Source: Armatimonadota bacterium
Lineage (GTDB): Bacteria; Sysuimicrobiota; Sysuimicrobiia; Sysuimicrobiales; Humicultoraceae
Length of the DNA stretch: 21,070 nt
Assembly (NCBI GenBank): GCA_037446215.1
Contig: JBBIJB010000013.1
Span: 7,765 to 28,834 of the forward strand
Direction of reading: 5' to 3'
Each line of letters begins with the position of its first letter. Positions within the stretch are counted from its first letter, which is position 1. The translations under genes were made by a program, and so were the position numbers. Positions 1-9,675 of this stretch are shown here, in pieces. Under the pieces are notes generated by a model. That model ran no database searches, was not told the origin of the DNA, and saw only the letters and a program-made list of their open reading frames with translations.

Positions 1-1
1 C

Positions 2-988
2 GAGCTGCTCGACGGGACGCCCGGGCCGCCCCGGCTCCACGACGTGCTCGCCCGCGACAACGGCGTCTTCGCGGCGTTCTCCGACCAGGTCGGCTTCGAC
101 GGGCACTCGACCCACGTCGGCGGCGCCTACGTGCTCGGGCCGGACGACGTGATAGAGGTCTCGGTCTTCGCCAACGACGAGCTCTCCCGCGTCGTCATGG
201 TCAGGCCCGACGGCATGATCTCCCTGCCGCTTGTAGGCGAGGTCAGGGCCGCCGGCCTCACCCCCGAGCAGCTCCGCGAGCGCCTGGTCCCCATCTATGC
301 CCGCTACATCAGGAACCCCCAGGTCTCCATCATCGTCCGCGAGTTCCGCAAGGTCCGCGTCACGGTGCTCGGCCAGGTCACCAGGCCCGGCGTCTTCGAG
401 CTGCGGTTGGGCTCCACGGTCCTCGACGCCATCGCCGCCGCCGGAGGCCTCACAGACGCCGCCGGATTGGGTGAGGTACGCCTCAACCGGATCGGCTCCC
501 CCCAGATGACAATCGACCTCGAACGCCTCCTCCTGCGCGGCGAGGCCAACCTCAACCGGCCGCTGGAGGCAGGCGACTCCCTCGTCATACCCGAGGACCT
601 CGCCTCCCGCATCTACGTGCTCGGCGAGGTCGCCAGGCCAGGCGTCTTCCCCTTCAGGGGACACATGACCGCGGTCCAGGCGCTCGGCCTCGCCGGCGGA
701 CCCACCCGTAAGGCGCTGCTGGGCCGCGCCTACGTCATCCGAAGGAACCCTGAGGCCGCCACCACCTCGCCCATGCCCATCCAGACCGTCACCGTCGCCA
801 GGCAGACCGGCCCTGCGATCCGCCTCCTGTCCGTCGACTTCTACAAGATCCTCCGCGAGGGCGACATAGCCCGCGACATAGCGCTGCAGCGCGGCGACGT
901 CCTATACATGCCAGACAACCCGCTGGCCCTGGAGAACATCATCCTCGTGCTCGGCGGCATAGGTGACGTGCGATCGCTGTTGAGGTAG
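2..988 (+). CDS. wza: Polysaccharide export (OPX/Wza-like) protein with Poly_export and SLBB domains; probably 5'-truncated by the window edge
   Basis: The Poly_export motif YVLGPDDVIEVSVF...VRPDGMISLPLVGEVRAAGLT is present, followed by two SLBB repeats (VTVLGQVTRPG, IYVLGEVARPG) and a C-terminal amphipathic helix. The frame is open from base 2, so the GTG at 44 is probably not the true start. Confidence 0.9.
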   Translation, partial: ELLDGTPGPPRLHDVLARDNGVFAAFSDQVGFDGHSTHVGGAYVLGPDDVIEVSVFANDELSRVVMVRPDGMISLPLVGEVRAAGLTPEQLRERLVPIYARYIRNPQVSIIVREFRKVRVTVLGQVTRPGVFELRLGSTVLDAIAAAGGLTDAAGLGEVRLNRIGSPQMTIDLERLLLRGEANLNRPLEAGDSLVIPEDLASRIYVLGEVARPGVFPFRGHMTAVQALGLAGGPTRKALLGRAYVIRRNPEAATTSPMPIQTVTVARQTGPAIRLLSVDFYKILREGDIARDIALQRGDVLYMPDNPLALENIILVLGGIGDVRSLLR

Positions 989-1005
989 GCACACTCGCGG
1001 CCGCG

Positions 1006-2577
1006 TTGGGGCGCCGTGCGCTTCCCGGCCTGCGCCGCCGTGCGGCCGCGGTGATCCTGGCCGCCGCGCTGTTGGGCTGGCTATTCCCGGCGGCCCCGGC
1101 GGCCGCCCATCCCCTCGAGGTCGTCCCCTCAGACCACCGGGCCTACCAGACCCTCTACCGGCTCGCCTCCTGGGGGCTGGCGCCTCTGTGGGCGGCATCT
1201 GCCAGGCCGCTCTCGCGCATAGAGCTCGCGGGGATGGTCGCGTGGGGGTTAGAACGGCTGGCAGAAGAAAGGAAGCGCGGCATCAACCGCCCGACCTCGG
1301 CCCTCGAGGAGCTCGAGGGCCTAGTGCTTGAATTCGCGGACGAGCTCAACCTGCTCGGCTACCGCGTCATAGACCCTCCCATGGCTCCCTCGGCGCGCTC
1401 GATAACCGGATGGGGCGTGCGCTTCGACCGCGCGCTGGTCGCCCGCGTGGAAGCCGGCACCCTGCCGCGCGGTGAGCGCTCGCGAGGCAGCGGCGTCTAC
1501 CTCGAGGGCAGGGGCACCATGGGCTTCGGGCCGGGGCTCGTGGTCGGGGCCGAGGCGAAGCTGGGCTTCAGATGGGGCGAGGACCCATGGAACGGGCTCC
1601 GCAGGGTATACCTGGGCGGGCCTGTCATGCCCGAGCGGCCCGGGAACGCGCTCGTCCAGTTGGGCAGGGACTCGCTGTGGTGGGGGCCGGGACACAGGGG
1701 CGCCTTCATGCTCTCCGACAACGCCGGGCCGATGGAGTTCCTGCGGGCGTCGGTCACCCGGGGCAACCTGCGCTTCGAGAAGATCGCGGGGCTGGTGGGC
1801 GACGGGCTGACGCTGCACGCGATCCGGGTGGACTGGCTCGCGCGCGACAACCTTCGGATCGGCGCGGGAGAGACGGTGATCGAGCAGAAGGGAGTATGGT
1901 GGCCCTACCTGCTCAGCCCGTTCCCCGGGGTCTCGAGCGCGCTGGGGCCGTGGCTGCGCGGCAAGAACATGGGCGTGGACAACAACTACAACATCTCGCT
2001 CGACTTCGACTGGAGGATCCGGCCCGGCCTGATCGCCTACGGCGAGCTGTTCGTGGACGACCTCACCTACTACCCGATCTACCCGCTTCCGAACCGGGGC
2101 GGCGCGCTGGTGGGGCTGTTCATGCCGGGCGCCTTCGGCGGCCGCGCCGACCTGCGCTTCGAGCACTCGCGCGTCAACAACTGGACCTACGCGACCTCCG
2201 ACGGGAAGACCAACTACGTGCGCGGAGGGCGATCGCTCGGCCACTGGTGCGCGCCCGACTGCGAGCTCTGGTCGGTGGCGGCGGTGGCCCGCACAGGGTC
2301 CGACGCGCGCCTGGAAGTGGGCTACGACCTGGTGCGCAAGGGCGAGGGGAAGCTCGGCGAGTTCTGGAGCGACGGCAGCGAGGCCTGGCAGAAGCTCTAC
2401 CTGTGGGGTGTGATCGAGACGACCAACGTGGCGCGGCTCACCTACGGCTGGGGCCGCACGAACGGCCTCGACCAGTCCCTGACCGTCGGCTACGCCTCGG
2501 TGACGAACGTGGGGCATGTAGCGGGACAGTCGCGCGGCGACTGGTTCCTGCGCTGGGAGGCACGCTATGGATTCTGA
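1006..2577 (+). CDS. Capsule assembly Wzi-family outer-membrane beta-barrel with signal peptide and N-terminal SLH-like segment
   Basis: Sec-type signal peptide ending AAPAAA. Wzi-family motif GRDSLWWGPGHRGAFMLSDNA. Alternating beta-strand pattern and C-terminal barrel signal WEARYGF. It lies between wza and wzc. The start codon (TTG 1006) is uncertain. Confidence 0.8.
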   Translation: MGRRALPGLRRRAAAVILAAALLGWLFPAAPAAAHPLEVVPSDHRAYQTLYRLASWGLAPLWAASARPLSRIELAGMVAWGLERLAEERKRGINRPTSALEELEGLVLEFADELNLLGYRVIDPPMAPSARSITGWGVRFDRALVARVEAGTLPRGERSRGSGVYLEGRGTMGFGPGLVVGAEAKLGFRWGEDPWNGLRRVYLGGPVMPERPGNALVQLGRDSLWWGPGHRGAFMLSDNAGPMEFLRASVTRGNLRFEKIAGLVGDGLTLHAIRVDWLARDNLRIGAGETVIEQKGVWWPYLLSPFPGVSSALGPWLRGKNMGVDNNYNISLDFDWRIRPGLIAYGELFVDDLTYYPIYPLPNRGGALVGLFMPGAFGGRADLRFEHSRVNNWTYATSDGKTNYVRGGRSLGHWCAPDCELWSVAAVARTGSDARLEVGYDLVRKGEGKLGEFWSDGSEAWQKLYLWGVIETTNVARLTYGWGRTNGLDQSLTVGYASVTNVGHVAGQSRGDWFLRWEARYGF

Positions 2578-4687
2578 GGGGCGCTCCGGCCGCAACGCCG
2601 GGGACGGGCCGGCACTGCGGGACTACATCGAGGTGATGCTGCGGCGGTGGTGGGTGGTGGTGGCGGCGCTGGCCCTGACCGTGGGCGCGGCGCTCGCCTG
2701 GAGCCTCCTCTCCTCGCCGGTCTACCGCTCCGAGGCGATGGTCGTGGTGGACCGGGGCGGCTCGAGCCTGAACCTATCGCCCGACCTGATGGGCTTCAGC
2801 CAGCAGACCTACGTGGAGACGCTGGCGGGCATCGTCAAGAGCAGGGCGGTCACCGGGCGTGCGGTGGAGGCGCTCGGCGTCTCAGAGGAGCGCCGCGGTC
2901 CGACCGCGGCCTCGCTGCGGCGGGGGCTGCGCGTGCAGCGGGTGCGCGGGTCGGACCTGATACGAATCCAGGCGGAGGGGCCGACCGGCGAGGCGGCCGC
3001 GAAGGCGACCAACGCCGTCGCGCAGTCGTTCCTCTCCTGGCACGTCGAGCAGCGCAGGGGCAGGGCGTCTGTCGGCAGGCAGTTCATCGAGGGCCAGATT
3101 GGAAGCCTGTCCGGGGAGCTGCGCCAGGCCGAGAACGCCCTTGTGAAGCACAAGGTCAGCGGAGGCCAGGTGGCCCTGACCGAGCAGACCGTCGCGAAGG
3201 TGGAACGGCTGGCCGAGTTCGAGGCGCTGCAGCGCGTGGCGACGACCCAGCGCCAGGCTGCCGCGGCGAGCCTGCGCCAGATGAGGGCGTCGCTGGTGGA
3301 GCACAAGGCGACCGTGCCCTCCACGTTTGTCACCTCCGAGGACCCGGTGGTCGGTCAGCTTCGGGCCGACCTGGCGCGGCTCGAGGTGGAGCTGGCCGGC
3401 CTGCGACCCCAGTTCACGGACCGCCATCCCCGGGTGCTCGAGGTCCAGTCCCGCATCGAGGAGACCAAGGAAGGGCTGCGCCAGCAGGCCGCCCGACGGC
3501 TCGCCTCGGAGACCGCGGCGCTGAACCCGATCCACCAGCAGCTGGTGGGGCAGGCGATCACGCTTGAGGTAGAGCAGCAGGCGCTCGAGGCCCGCGAGGC
3601 GGCGCTCGGCGCGCAGGTGCGGCGCTACGCCCTGGAGTTGGTGGGCCTGCCGCCCAAGGAGATCGAGCTTGCCCGGCTCACCCGCGACGTGCGGGTGGCC
3701 GAGGAGACCTACCTGCTGCTATCGCAGCGGCTGGCCGAGGCCAGGATCTCGGAGGCGTCGGTCGTGGGCGACCTCGCTATAGTGGACAGCGCCGAGCCGT
3801 CGCCGTTCCCTGTCAAGCCGAACCTGCTGTTCAACCTGATCCTCGGCGCGCTGGCAGGGATGGTCCTCGGCGTGGTGGGCGCGGCCGTGGTCGAGGCGAT
3901 GGATACCACCTTCCGCAGCCCGGAGGAGGCTGGACTGGCTCTCGGAATCCCGGTGCTGGCGACGGTGCCGGACGAGAAGGGGCCGCGGAGGCCGGAAGCC
4001 GAGCAGAGGATCGCCCTGATGACCGGTGAGGGGAGGGCATCGCCGTTCGCCGAGTCGCTGCGGCTGCTGCGGGCGAGCCTGCTCTACCTCAGCCCGGACC
4101 GGCCCCTCCACACCCTGATCGTGACCAGCCCAGGCGCATCGGAGGGCAAGAGCACGGTGGCGGCCGCCCTCGCCGTCGCGATCGCCCGGGGAGGGCAGAC
4201 GGTGCGGCTGGTCGAGTGCGACCTGCGCAGGCCCACGCTGGCCTGGACCTTCCAGCCCGAGGGCACGCGCGGCCTCACCGACCTGCTGGCGAGCGATCTC
4301 CCGGCGGAGCAGGCGGTCCAGAAGACCGCGGTCGATAACCTCTGGCTGCTGCCCAGCGGCACCAAGCCCCCCAACCCGGCCGAGCTGCTCGGCAGCCGGA
4401 AGATGCGCGCGCTGCTCGAGCAGGGAAGGCAGGAGGTGGACGTCCAGGTGCTGGATGCGCCGCCGATGCTGCCGGTGGCGGACACCACGCTGCTGGCCCC
4501 GGCGGTAGACGGGGTGGTGCTCGTCGTCCACCTGGCGAGGACGCCCAGGGAAGCGGCGGAGCGCGCGCGTCAGCAGCTAGATGCCGTGGGCGCGCGGGTT
4601 CTCGGAGTCGTGGTTAACGGCGTCAAGCCGCGGCGCGGGGCGTACTACACCTACACGAACGACGAGCGCCCCAACTCGGGGCGATGA
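2567..4687 (+). CDS. wzc: Polysaccharide co-polymerase/BY tyrosine kinase (full-length Wzc type)
   Basis: N-terminal Wzz-like segment LRDYIEVMLRRWW plus a TM helix, long coiled-coil region, PVKPN plus a second TM helix. Walker A SPGASEGKST, Walker A' LVECDLRRP, Walker B VLDAPP, and a C-terminal YYTY. Confidence 0.93.
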   Translation: MDSEGRSGRNAGDGPALRDYIEVMLRRWWVVVAALALTVGAALAWSLLSSPVYRSEAMVVVDRGGSSLNLSPDLMGFSQQTYVETLAGIVKSRAVTGRAVEALGVSEERRGPTAASLRRGLRVQRVRGSDLIRIQAEGPTGEAAAKATNAVAQSFLSWHVEQRRGRASVGRQFIEGQIGSLSGELRQAENALVKHKVSGGQVALTEQTVAKVERLAEFEALQRVATTQRQAAAASLRQMRASLVEHKATVPSTFVTSEDPVVGQLRADLARLEVELAGLRPQFTDRHPRVLEVQSRIEETKEGLRQQAARRLASETAALNPIHQQLVGQAITLEVEQQALEAREAALGAQVRRYALELVGLPPKEIELARLTRDVRVAEETYLLLSQRLAEARISEASVVGDLAIVDSAEPSPFPVKPNLLFNLILGALAGMVLGVVGAAVVEAMDTTFRSPEEAGLALGIPVLATVPDEKGPRRPEAEQRIALMTGEGRASPFAESLRLLRASLLYLSPDRPLHTLIVTSPGASEGKSTVAAALAVAIARGGQTVRLVECDLRRPTLAWTFQPEGTRGLTDLLASDLPAEQAVQKTAVDNLWLLPSGTKPPNPAELLGSRKMRALLEQGRQEVDVQVLDAPPMLPVADTTLLAPAVDGVVLVVHLARTPREAAERARQQLDAVGARVLGVVVNGVKPRRGAYYTYTNDERPNSGR

Positions 4688-6285
4688 CCCTGGAGGCAGT
4701 AGGCGAGGGGCCCCGCTTCCGCGTCAACGTGGCGGCCAGCTTCGCCTACCTCGCCGTCAACACATTGGTCGCGCTATGGTTCATCCCCTACCTGATACGG
4801 AACCTGGGGGTGGCCGCCTACGGGATGGTCCCGCTCGCCATCTCGATCACGTGGTACCTGAACGTCTTCACAATCGCGATCGGCGGGTCTGTGGGCCGCT
4901 TCCTGACCATGGACCTGGAGCGCGGCGACCTCGCGGCGGCAAGCCGCACCTTCAACACTACGCTCTTTGCGAGCGCGGCCCTGGTCGGCTTCCTGCTGGT
5001 TCCCGCCGGAGCCGGGATCGTGCTGGCGCCGCGGCTGCTGAGCGTCCCCGAGGGGATGGAGGGCGCGATGCGCGCGCTCTTGCTCTGGGGGCTGGCGGCG
5101 TTCTTCGTCATGACGATCGGCAACAGCTTCGGCGCCGCGGCGTTCGCGCGGAGGCGGTTCGACATGCAGAACGGGGCCAACGCCGCCGGGGTGCTGGCCA
5201 AGGCCTGCATCGCGGCCGCCCTGTTCTCGCTGCTCGTACCGAGACCCTGGCAGGCGGGCGCGGCCATCTTCGGCGGTCAAGTGGTCACGGTTGCAGGAGG
5301 CATCCTGATCTTCAGGCGGCTCTGCCCCGAGATCCGCGTCCGGTGGAGCGACTTCGATGCGGACCATCTGCGGGCGATACTGACCATGGGAGGATGGATG
5401 CTGGTCAGCCAGGTGGGCGCGGTGCTGATAACCAGCACCGAGCTCCTCATCGTGAATGTGATGGCGGGCTCGTCCGCCACCGGGTACTACGCGCCGGTGC
5501 TCCAGCTCGCGGTCCTGCTGCGCATGGCCGTCGGCCTAGTGGCAGGGGTGCTCTCGCCGGTCATCATCGGGTTCCATGCCAGGGCCGACTCGGAGGGGCT
5601 GCTGGCGGTCTCGTACCGCTCGGTCAAGCTACTAGGGCTGGCCGCCGCGCTCCCAGTCGGGCTGCTCTGCGGGCTGGCAGGCCCGCTGCTTCGCACCTGG
5701 CTCGGCGCGGAGTTCGAGGGGTTCGCGCCGCTGGTGTGGGTGATGATCGCCCCGCTCGCCGTCAGCCTCGCCTCCGCGCCGCTCGCATCGGTCAACACAG
5801 CGCTCAACAGGGTGCGCCTTCCCGGCCTGGCCACCCTCGCGGGCGGCGTCCTTAACGTCGCCCTGGCGGTGGTGCTGGCCGGGCCGGCAGGCCTCGGGAT
5901 GTACGGCGTGGCCGCGGCCAGGAGCGTCGTCGTGACGCTGCGCAACGCGGTATTCGCGCCGCTCTACACGGCGAGCACGCTGCGCAGGCCGCTGCTGACC
6001 TTCGCCCCGCCGCTGACCCTGCCGCTCGCCGCCGCCCTGCTCGCGGCCGGCATCGCCGCCGCTGCCTGGCGGCTGGCTGGAGTCACCGGGTGGGCAGGGC
6101 TCTTCCTGTGCGGCGCGGTCACCACGGCACTGTACGTGCCGGCCGTCCTCTTCGCGGCGCTGGGCAGGGAGGAGCGGAGGTTCGCGGTGCGCGTCGCGCT
6201 GGGAGAAAAGGCGATGCGCGCGCTGTTGGGGCGTGGGCCCGGGCCGGGCGGCGCGTACCCGCCCGAAGAGGAGCGGAAGGGATGA
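4684..6285 (+). CDS. wzx: Wzx-type oligosaccharide flippase (MOP superfamily); resembles Bacillus EpsK
   Basis: Polytopic hydrophobic protein of 533 aa with PYLIRNLGVAAYG and GLAGPLLRTWLG motifs. ATGA overlaps at both ends. Confidence 0.88.
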   Translation: MTLEAVGEGPRFRVNVAASFAYLAVNTLVALWFIPYLIRNLGVAAYGMVPLAISITWYLNVFTIAIGGSVGRFLTMDLERGDLAAASRTFNTTLFASAALVGFLLVPAGAGIVLAPRLLSVPEGMEGAMRALLLWGLAAFFVMTIGNSFGAAAFARRRFDMQNGANAAGVLAKACIAAALFSLLVPRPWQAGAAIFGGQVVTVAGGILIFRRLCPEIRVRWSDFDADHLRAILTMGGWMLVSQVGAVLITSTELLIVNVMAGSSATGYYAPVLQLAVLLRMAVGLVAGVLSPVIIGFHARADSEGLLAVSYRSVKLLGLAAALPVGLLCGLAGPLLRTWLGAEFEGFAPLVWVMIAPLAVSLASAPLASVNTALNRVRLPGLATLAGGVLNVALAVVLAGPAGLGMYGVAAARSVVVTLRNAVFAPLYTASTLRRPLLTFAPPLTLPLAAALLAAGIAAAAWRLAGVTGWAGLFLCGAVTTALYVPAVLFAALGREERRFAVRVALGEKAMRALLGRGPGPGGAYPPEEERKG

Positions 6286-7307
6286 AGCGAGCAGGGCCTT
6301 CGCCGCCGGCCGTGACCGTCGTCACCTCGGTGTACAACAAGCGGGACTACGTGGGCCTCTGCCTCGACTCCCTCGGCGAGCAGACGTGCATAGACTACGA
6401 GCTCATAGTCGTGGACGACGCATCGACGGACGGCGGCGCCGACGTGATCATCCCCCGCCTGCGGGACGGTGACAGGTACATCCGCCTGGGGCAGAACTCC
6501 GGACCGGGTGTGGCGCGCAACCGAGGCATACGGGAGGCGCGCGGCGAGTTCACCGCCTTCCTGGACGCGGATGACGCGTGGAAGCCCTCGTTCGTCGAAC
6601 GCATGCTCGCGTTCATGCGGTACAACCCCGACCTCGCGATGGCCTCCTGCTGCTCCGAGGTCGCTTCGACCGGCCTGCCCTGGCGGCCGTTCGATGGACT
6701 GCCCGCCGGCCGAATCGACGGTAAGCGGGAGTCCGTGACATACGACGGATTTCGAGGGTGGCGGGACCTGAGGGCCTTCGTGGCCTACGCCAGGCCGCCC
6801 GCGGTAGTGGTGCGAACCGAGGCCGCGCGCGCGGTGGGCGGATTCGAGGAGCGGCGCGTCCACTCAGAGGAGGAGATCCTGTGGATGAGGCTGGCCCTGG
6901 CGCACCCGGTCGGCTGCATGCGAGAGGCCCTCGCGCTGTACCGCACCGACGCGGTAGGGCAGCTATCGGAGAGATGGGACCCTCTGGACCGGGCGGAGAT
7001 CCTCTACCCCCAGGAGTTCCTGGAGGCCTGCCCGGCACGCCACCGCGCGCTACTCCACGGCTACCTGACGGATCGAGCCGCGGAGGCCGCGATAGACCGG
7101 ATCTTCAAGGGGCATGGGGCCGAGGCACGCGAGATACTGCAAGACCACATGCGCGCCGTGGGCGTCCACCGCGATCTGATCCCGGCGTTTCGCAGGATCC
7201 TGGTGGCCAGCTACCTCCCGCACGCGGCGATCATGTGGTACAGATCCGCGAGGAAGGCGATCCGGCAGGTGAGACGAAGAGGACCGGGAGGCGGACAGGG
7301 ACGTTGA
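6282..7307 (+). CDS. Glycosyltransferase family 2
   Basis: Motifs VTVVTSVYN, IVVDDASTD, ARNRGI and AFLDADD. The start was moved from the track's 6090 to the ATG at 6282, which overlaps the wzx stop (ATGA) and follows a purine-rich GAGGAGCGGAAGG. Confidence 0.88.
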   Translation: MKRAGPSPPAVTVVTSVYNKRDYVGLCLDSLGEQTCIDYELIVVDDASTDGGADVIIPRLRDGDRYIRLGQNSGPGVARNRGIREARGEFTAFLDADDAWKPSFVERMLAFMRYNPDLAMASCCSEVASTGLPWRPFDGLPAGRIDGKRESVTYDGFRGWRDLRAFVAYARPPAVVVRTEAARAVGGFEERRVHSEEEILWMRLALAHPVGCMREALALYRTDAVGQLSERWDPLDRAEILYPQEFLEACPARHRALLHGYLTDRAAEAAIDRIFKGHGAEAREILQDHMRAVGVHRDLIPAFRRILVASYLPHAAIMWYRSARKAIRQVRRRGPGGGQGR

Positions 7308-8614
7308 GGGCCGCCCGGATTCTCATCTACGGCGGCTTCGGCCCGTTCCACAACCTGGGCGATGAGGCGATACTCCGCTCGGCCGCGGCGAGGCTGCGGA
7401 AGATCGGCGGAGTGACCCTCACCGTGGGCGTGGACGACCCGGATGCCGCCCCGAGCATAGAGGGGTGCTCGTTCGCGCTCGGCGTGGCCGGCTACCTCCT
7501 GGCCGGCGCGAGGAACAGCCGCGTGCCGCGCGCAAGGAGGATCGTGCGGGGCGCCGTGTGGCGGGTCCGCTACCTGCTGCGGGCCGCCGCCCTCTGCGGG
7601 GTCATCGCGCTGCCTCGCCTGGCGCCGCTCCTCGCTCGGGGCCGGGGCAGGCTCGGCGCGGTGCTGAGGCCCCTGGTAGAGAACGACGCCGTCCTCTTCG
7701 TAGGCGGGGGCTACCTGAACTCGCGCTGGGTGTCGTCATCGCTGCAGCCGTCCGCGATTCAATCGGCGCTGGCCAGGCGCCTGCGCGTGCCCCTCTACCT
7801 GACGGGCCAGGGGTTGGGGCCGTTCCGGACGCGCTGGCACCGCTTCCTGATAGGAGTGCTGCTGCGGGGGGCCCGGCTGATCGGCGTCCGCGACTACGGC
7901 CACGACTCGCTGCGCCTGCTCCGCGACTTGGGAGTCCCCGGGGGCGTGGTGCGCTTCCTGCCGGACGACGCGCACGGACTCGTCGGGAGCGGCGGGGTCG
8001 CTCGCCGGAGGCGGGCGCGGCCCTCCGATCCAATCGTCATCGGCGTCAACTGGCGGAGCCAGGCATATGACACGCGGGCAGAGGAAGCGGGACTGATACG
8101 GTTGATCCTGGCCATCGCCGCGAAGCGCAGCGTAGAGGTGCGGCTGGTCCCGATGCTGATCGGCCCCGGGGGAGACGCCTCGTGCGACGCGCGGATCGCC
8201 GAGCAGCTGAACCGCATGGGGGTTCCCGCCGCGGTGAGGCCGCCGGGGCTCGAAGGCGTCCCCGCGGCGCTGGCTGGGTGCGACGTGGTGCTGGGCGGCA
8301 CGTACCATCTCGTCGTGCTGGCCCTCGACTCCGGGGTACCGGCGATGGGATTCGTCCGCGGAAGCTACTCGGAGCAGAAGATGAGGCCGCTCGTCTCCAG
8401 CTTCGGCTTCCCGCAGTGGGCGGTCTCCATAGAGCGGCTCACAAGCGGTGGGCCGGACCTGCCGCGGCTGGTCGAGGACGCGATCGAAGGCGGCGAGGAG
8501 CTGCGCGAACGCCTCCGCGAGCGGGCGCGTGAGAAGTCCGAGGCCCTGGATCGGGGCTATAGGGAGATGCTGGACGAGATGAACCGGGGGGCTCGATGCC
8601 GTCGGTCCGGGTGA
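7304..8614 (+). CDS. Polysaccharide pyruvyltransferase family protein (CsaB/WcaK-like)
   Basis: Motifs ILIYGGFGPFHNLGDEAIL, VGGGYLN, GQGLGPF, IGVRD, and YHLVVLALDSGVP. The TTG at 7304 overlaps the previous stop (TTGA). The track extension back to 6758 overlaps the GT2 gene and is rejected. Confidence 0.85.
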   Translation: MRAARILIYGGFGPFHNLGDEAILRSAAARLRKIGGVTLTVGVDDPDAAPSIEGCSFALGVAGYLLAGARNSRVPRARRIVRGAVWRVRYLLRAAALCGVIALPRLAPLLARGRGRLGAVLRPLVENDAVLFVGGGYLNSRWVSSSLQPSAIQSALARRLRVPLYLTGQGLGPFRTRWHRFLIGVLLRGARLIGVRDYGHDSLRLLRDLGVPGGVVRFLPDDAHGLVGSGGVARRRRARPSDPIVIGVNWRSQAYDTRAEEAGLIRLILAIAAKRSVEVRLVPMLIGPGGDASCDARIAEQLNRMGVPAAVRPPGLEGVPAALAGCDVVLGGTYHLVVLALDSGVPAMGFVRGSYSEQKMRPLVSSFGFPQWAVSIERLTSGGPDLPRLVEDAIEGGEELRERLRERAREKSEALDRGYREMLDEMNRGARCRRSG

Positions 8615-9675
8615 CGGGAATCGAGGCGCTGGGCCACAGGACCTACCTGGGGTACCTGGAGGCCCATCTCCGTTCCCGCCCGGAGTTCGGAGGCGTCCAC
8701 GTGGACCGGGTCGCGCCCGGGCCTGCGCTGCGGCTCTTCACCAACCGCTACTGGGTGGTCGGCAGCCACCGCAGCCGGACGATCCGCTTCTACAGGTGCC
8801 GCCACGCGCTCCTCTCCCCCGTGAGGGCGCGCTGCGACATTGAGCTCTTCCACACCCAAAACGTGGCAGGAGGCGCGCTCGACTCGAGGGCGGCGGTCGT
8901 CGTCTCGATCGACACCACCGGAGTCCTCACGGAGAGGATGACCGGGCGGCGGCACGACGGTGCGATGTTCAAGCTGGAGCAGGCGATCCTGCGGCGCGCG
9001 GATCTCGTCGCGGCGATGTCGCGTTGGGCCGCGGAGTCGGCCGCGGCGGACTACGGGGTCCTGCCTTCGAATATCCTGGTGGTGCGTAACGGCGTTCTCC
9101 CCACGGAGGCGCGCGCACACGTGGGCGGGGGCGGGTGGCTCTTCGTGGGAGGCGAGTTTCGCCGCAAGGGCGGCGACCTGCTGCTCGGGGTCCATCAGGA
9201 GCGGTTCCGGTCGGTGCCGCTCGTCGTCGTCACGTCGAGGCGGGAGGCCGGGCAGATCAAGGGCGAGAACGTCCGCGTCCACCATGACGTGTCGCGGGGG
9301 CGGCTGCTCGAGGAGTTCTATCCGCGGGCAGACCTCTTCGTCCTGCCGTCGAGAGAGGACTACTCGCCGTGGGTGATACCGGAGGCGCTCTGGTCAGGGG
9401 TGCCCGTGGTGGCAGCGCGCGTGGGCGCGATTCCCGAGATGCTGCGGGAAGGGCTGGACGGCTGGATGCTGGACCGAGTCGATAGAGGGCGCCTGGCCGA
9501 GACCCTCGGCACGGCGCGCGAGGCGCTGCGCGACCCTGCGGCGGCGCGGCGGATGAGCCGGTCTGCCAGGCAGAGGGCGGAGGAGATGCTGGACGTCGGC
9601 CGGAATCTGGACGCGCTGTGCGACCGCCTCCTGGAGATCGCTCCCGGGCGCGGCGAGGCGGGTCGCGGTGGCTAG
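8596..9675 (+). CDS. Glycosyltransferase family 4 (GT-B)
   Basis: Motifs LFVGGEFRRKGGD and ADLFVLPSREDYSPWVIPEALWSGVPVV (a D-x7-E variant), plus GAIPE. Confidence 0.88.
   Translation: MPSVRVTGIEALGHRTYLGYLEAHLRSRPEFGGVHVDRVAPGPALRLFTNRYWVVGSHRSRTIRFYRCRHALLSPVRARCDIELFHTQNVAGGALDSRAAVVVSIDTTGVLTERMTGRRHDGAMFKLEQAILRRADLVAAMSRWAAESAAADYGVLPSNILVVRNGVLPTEARAHVGGGGWLFVGGEFRRKGGDLLLGVHQERFRSVPLVVVTSRREAGQIKGENVRVHHDVSRGRLLEEFYPRADLFVLPSREDYSPWVIPEALWSGVPVVAARVGAIPEMLREGLDGWMLDRVDRGRLAETLGTAREALRDPAAARRMSRSARQRAEEMLDVGRNLDALCDRLLEIAPGRGEAGRGG

Noticed and set aside
1321..2595. 424-aa minus-strand ORF and similar alternate-frame ORFs throughout the window
   Set aside because: These are shadow ORFs of the real genes with no recognisable domains.
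6758..7303. N-terminal extension of the pyruvyltransferase (618 aa)
   Set aside because: It overlaps the GT2 gene out of frame. The family motif begins right after TTG 7304.
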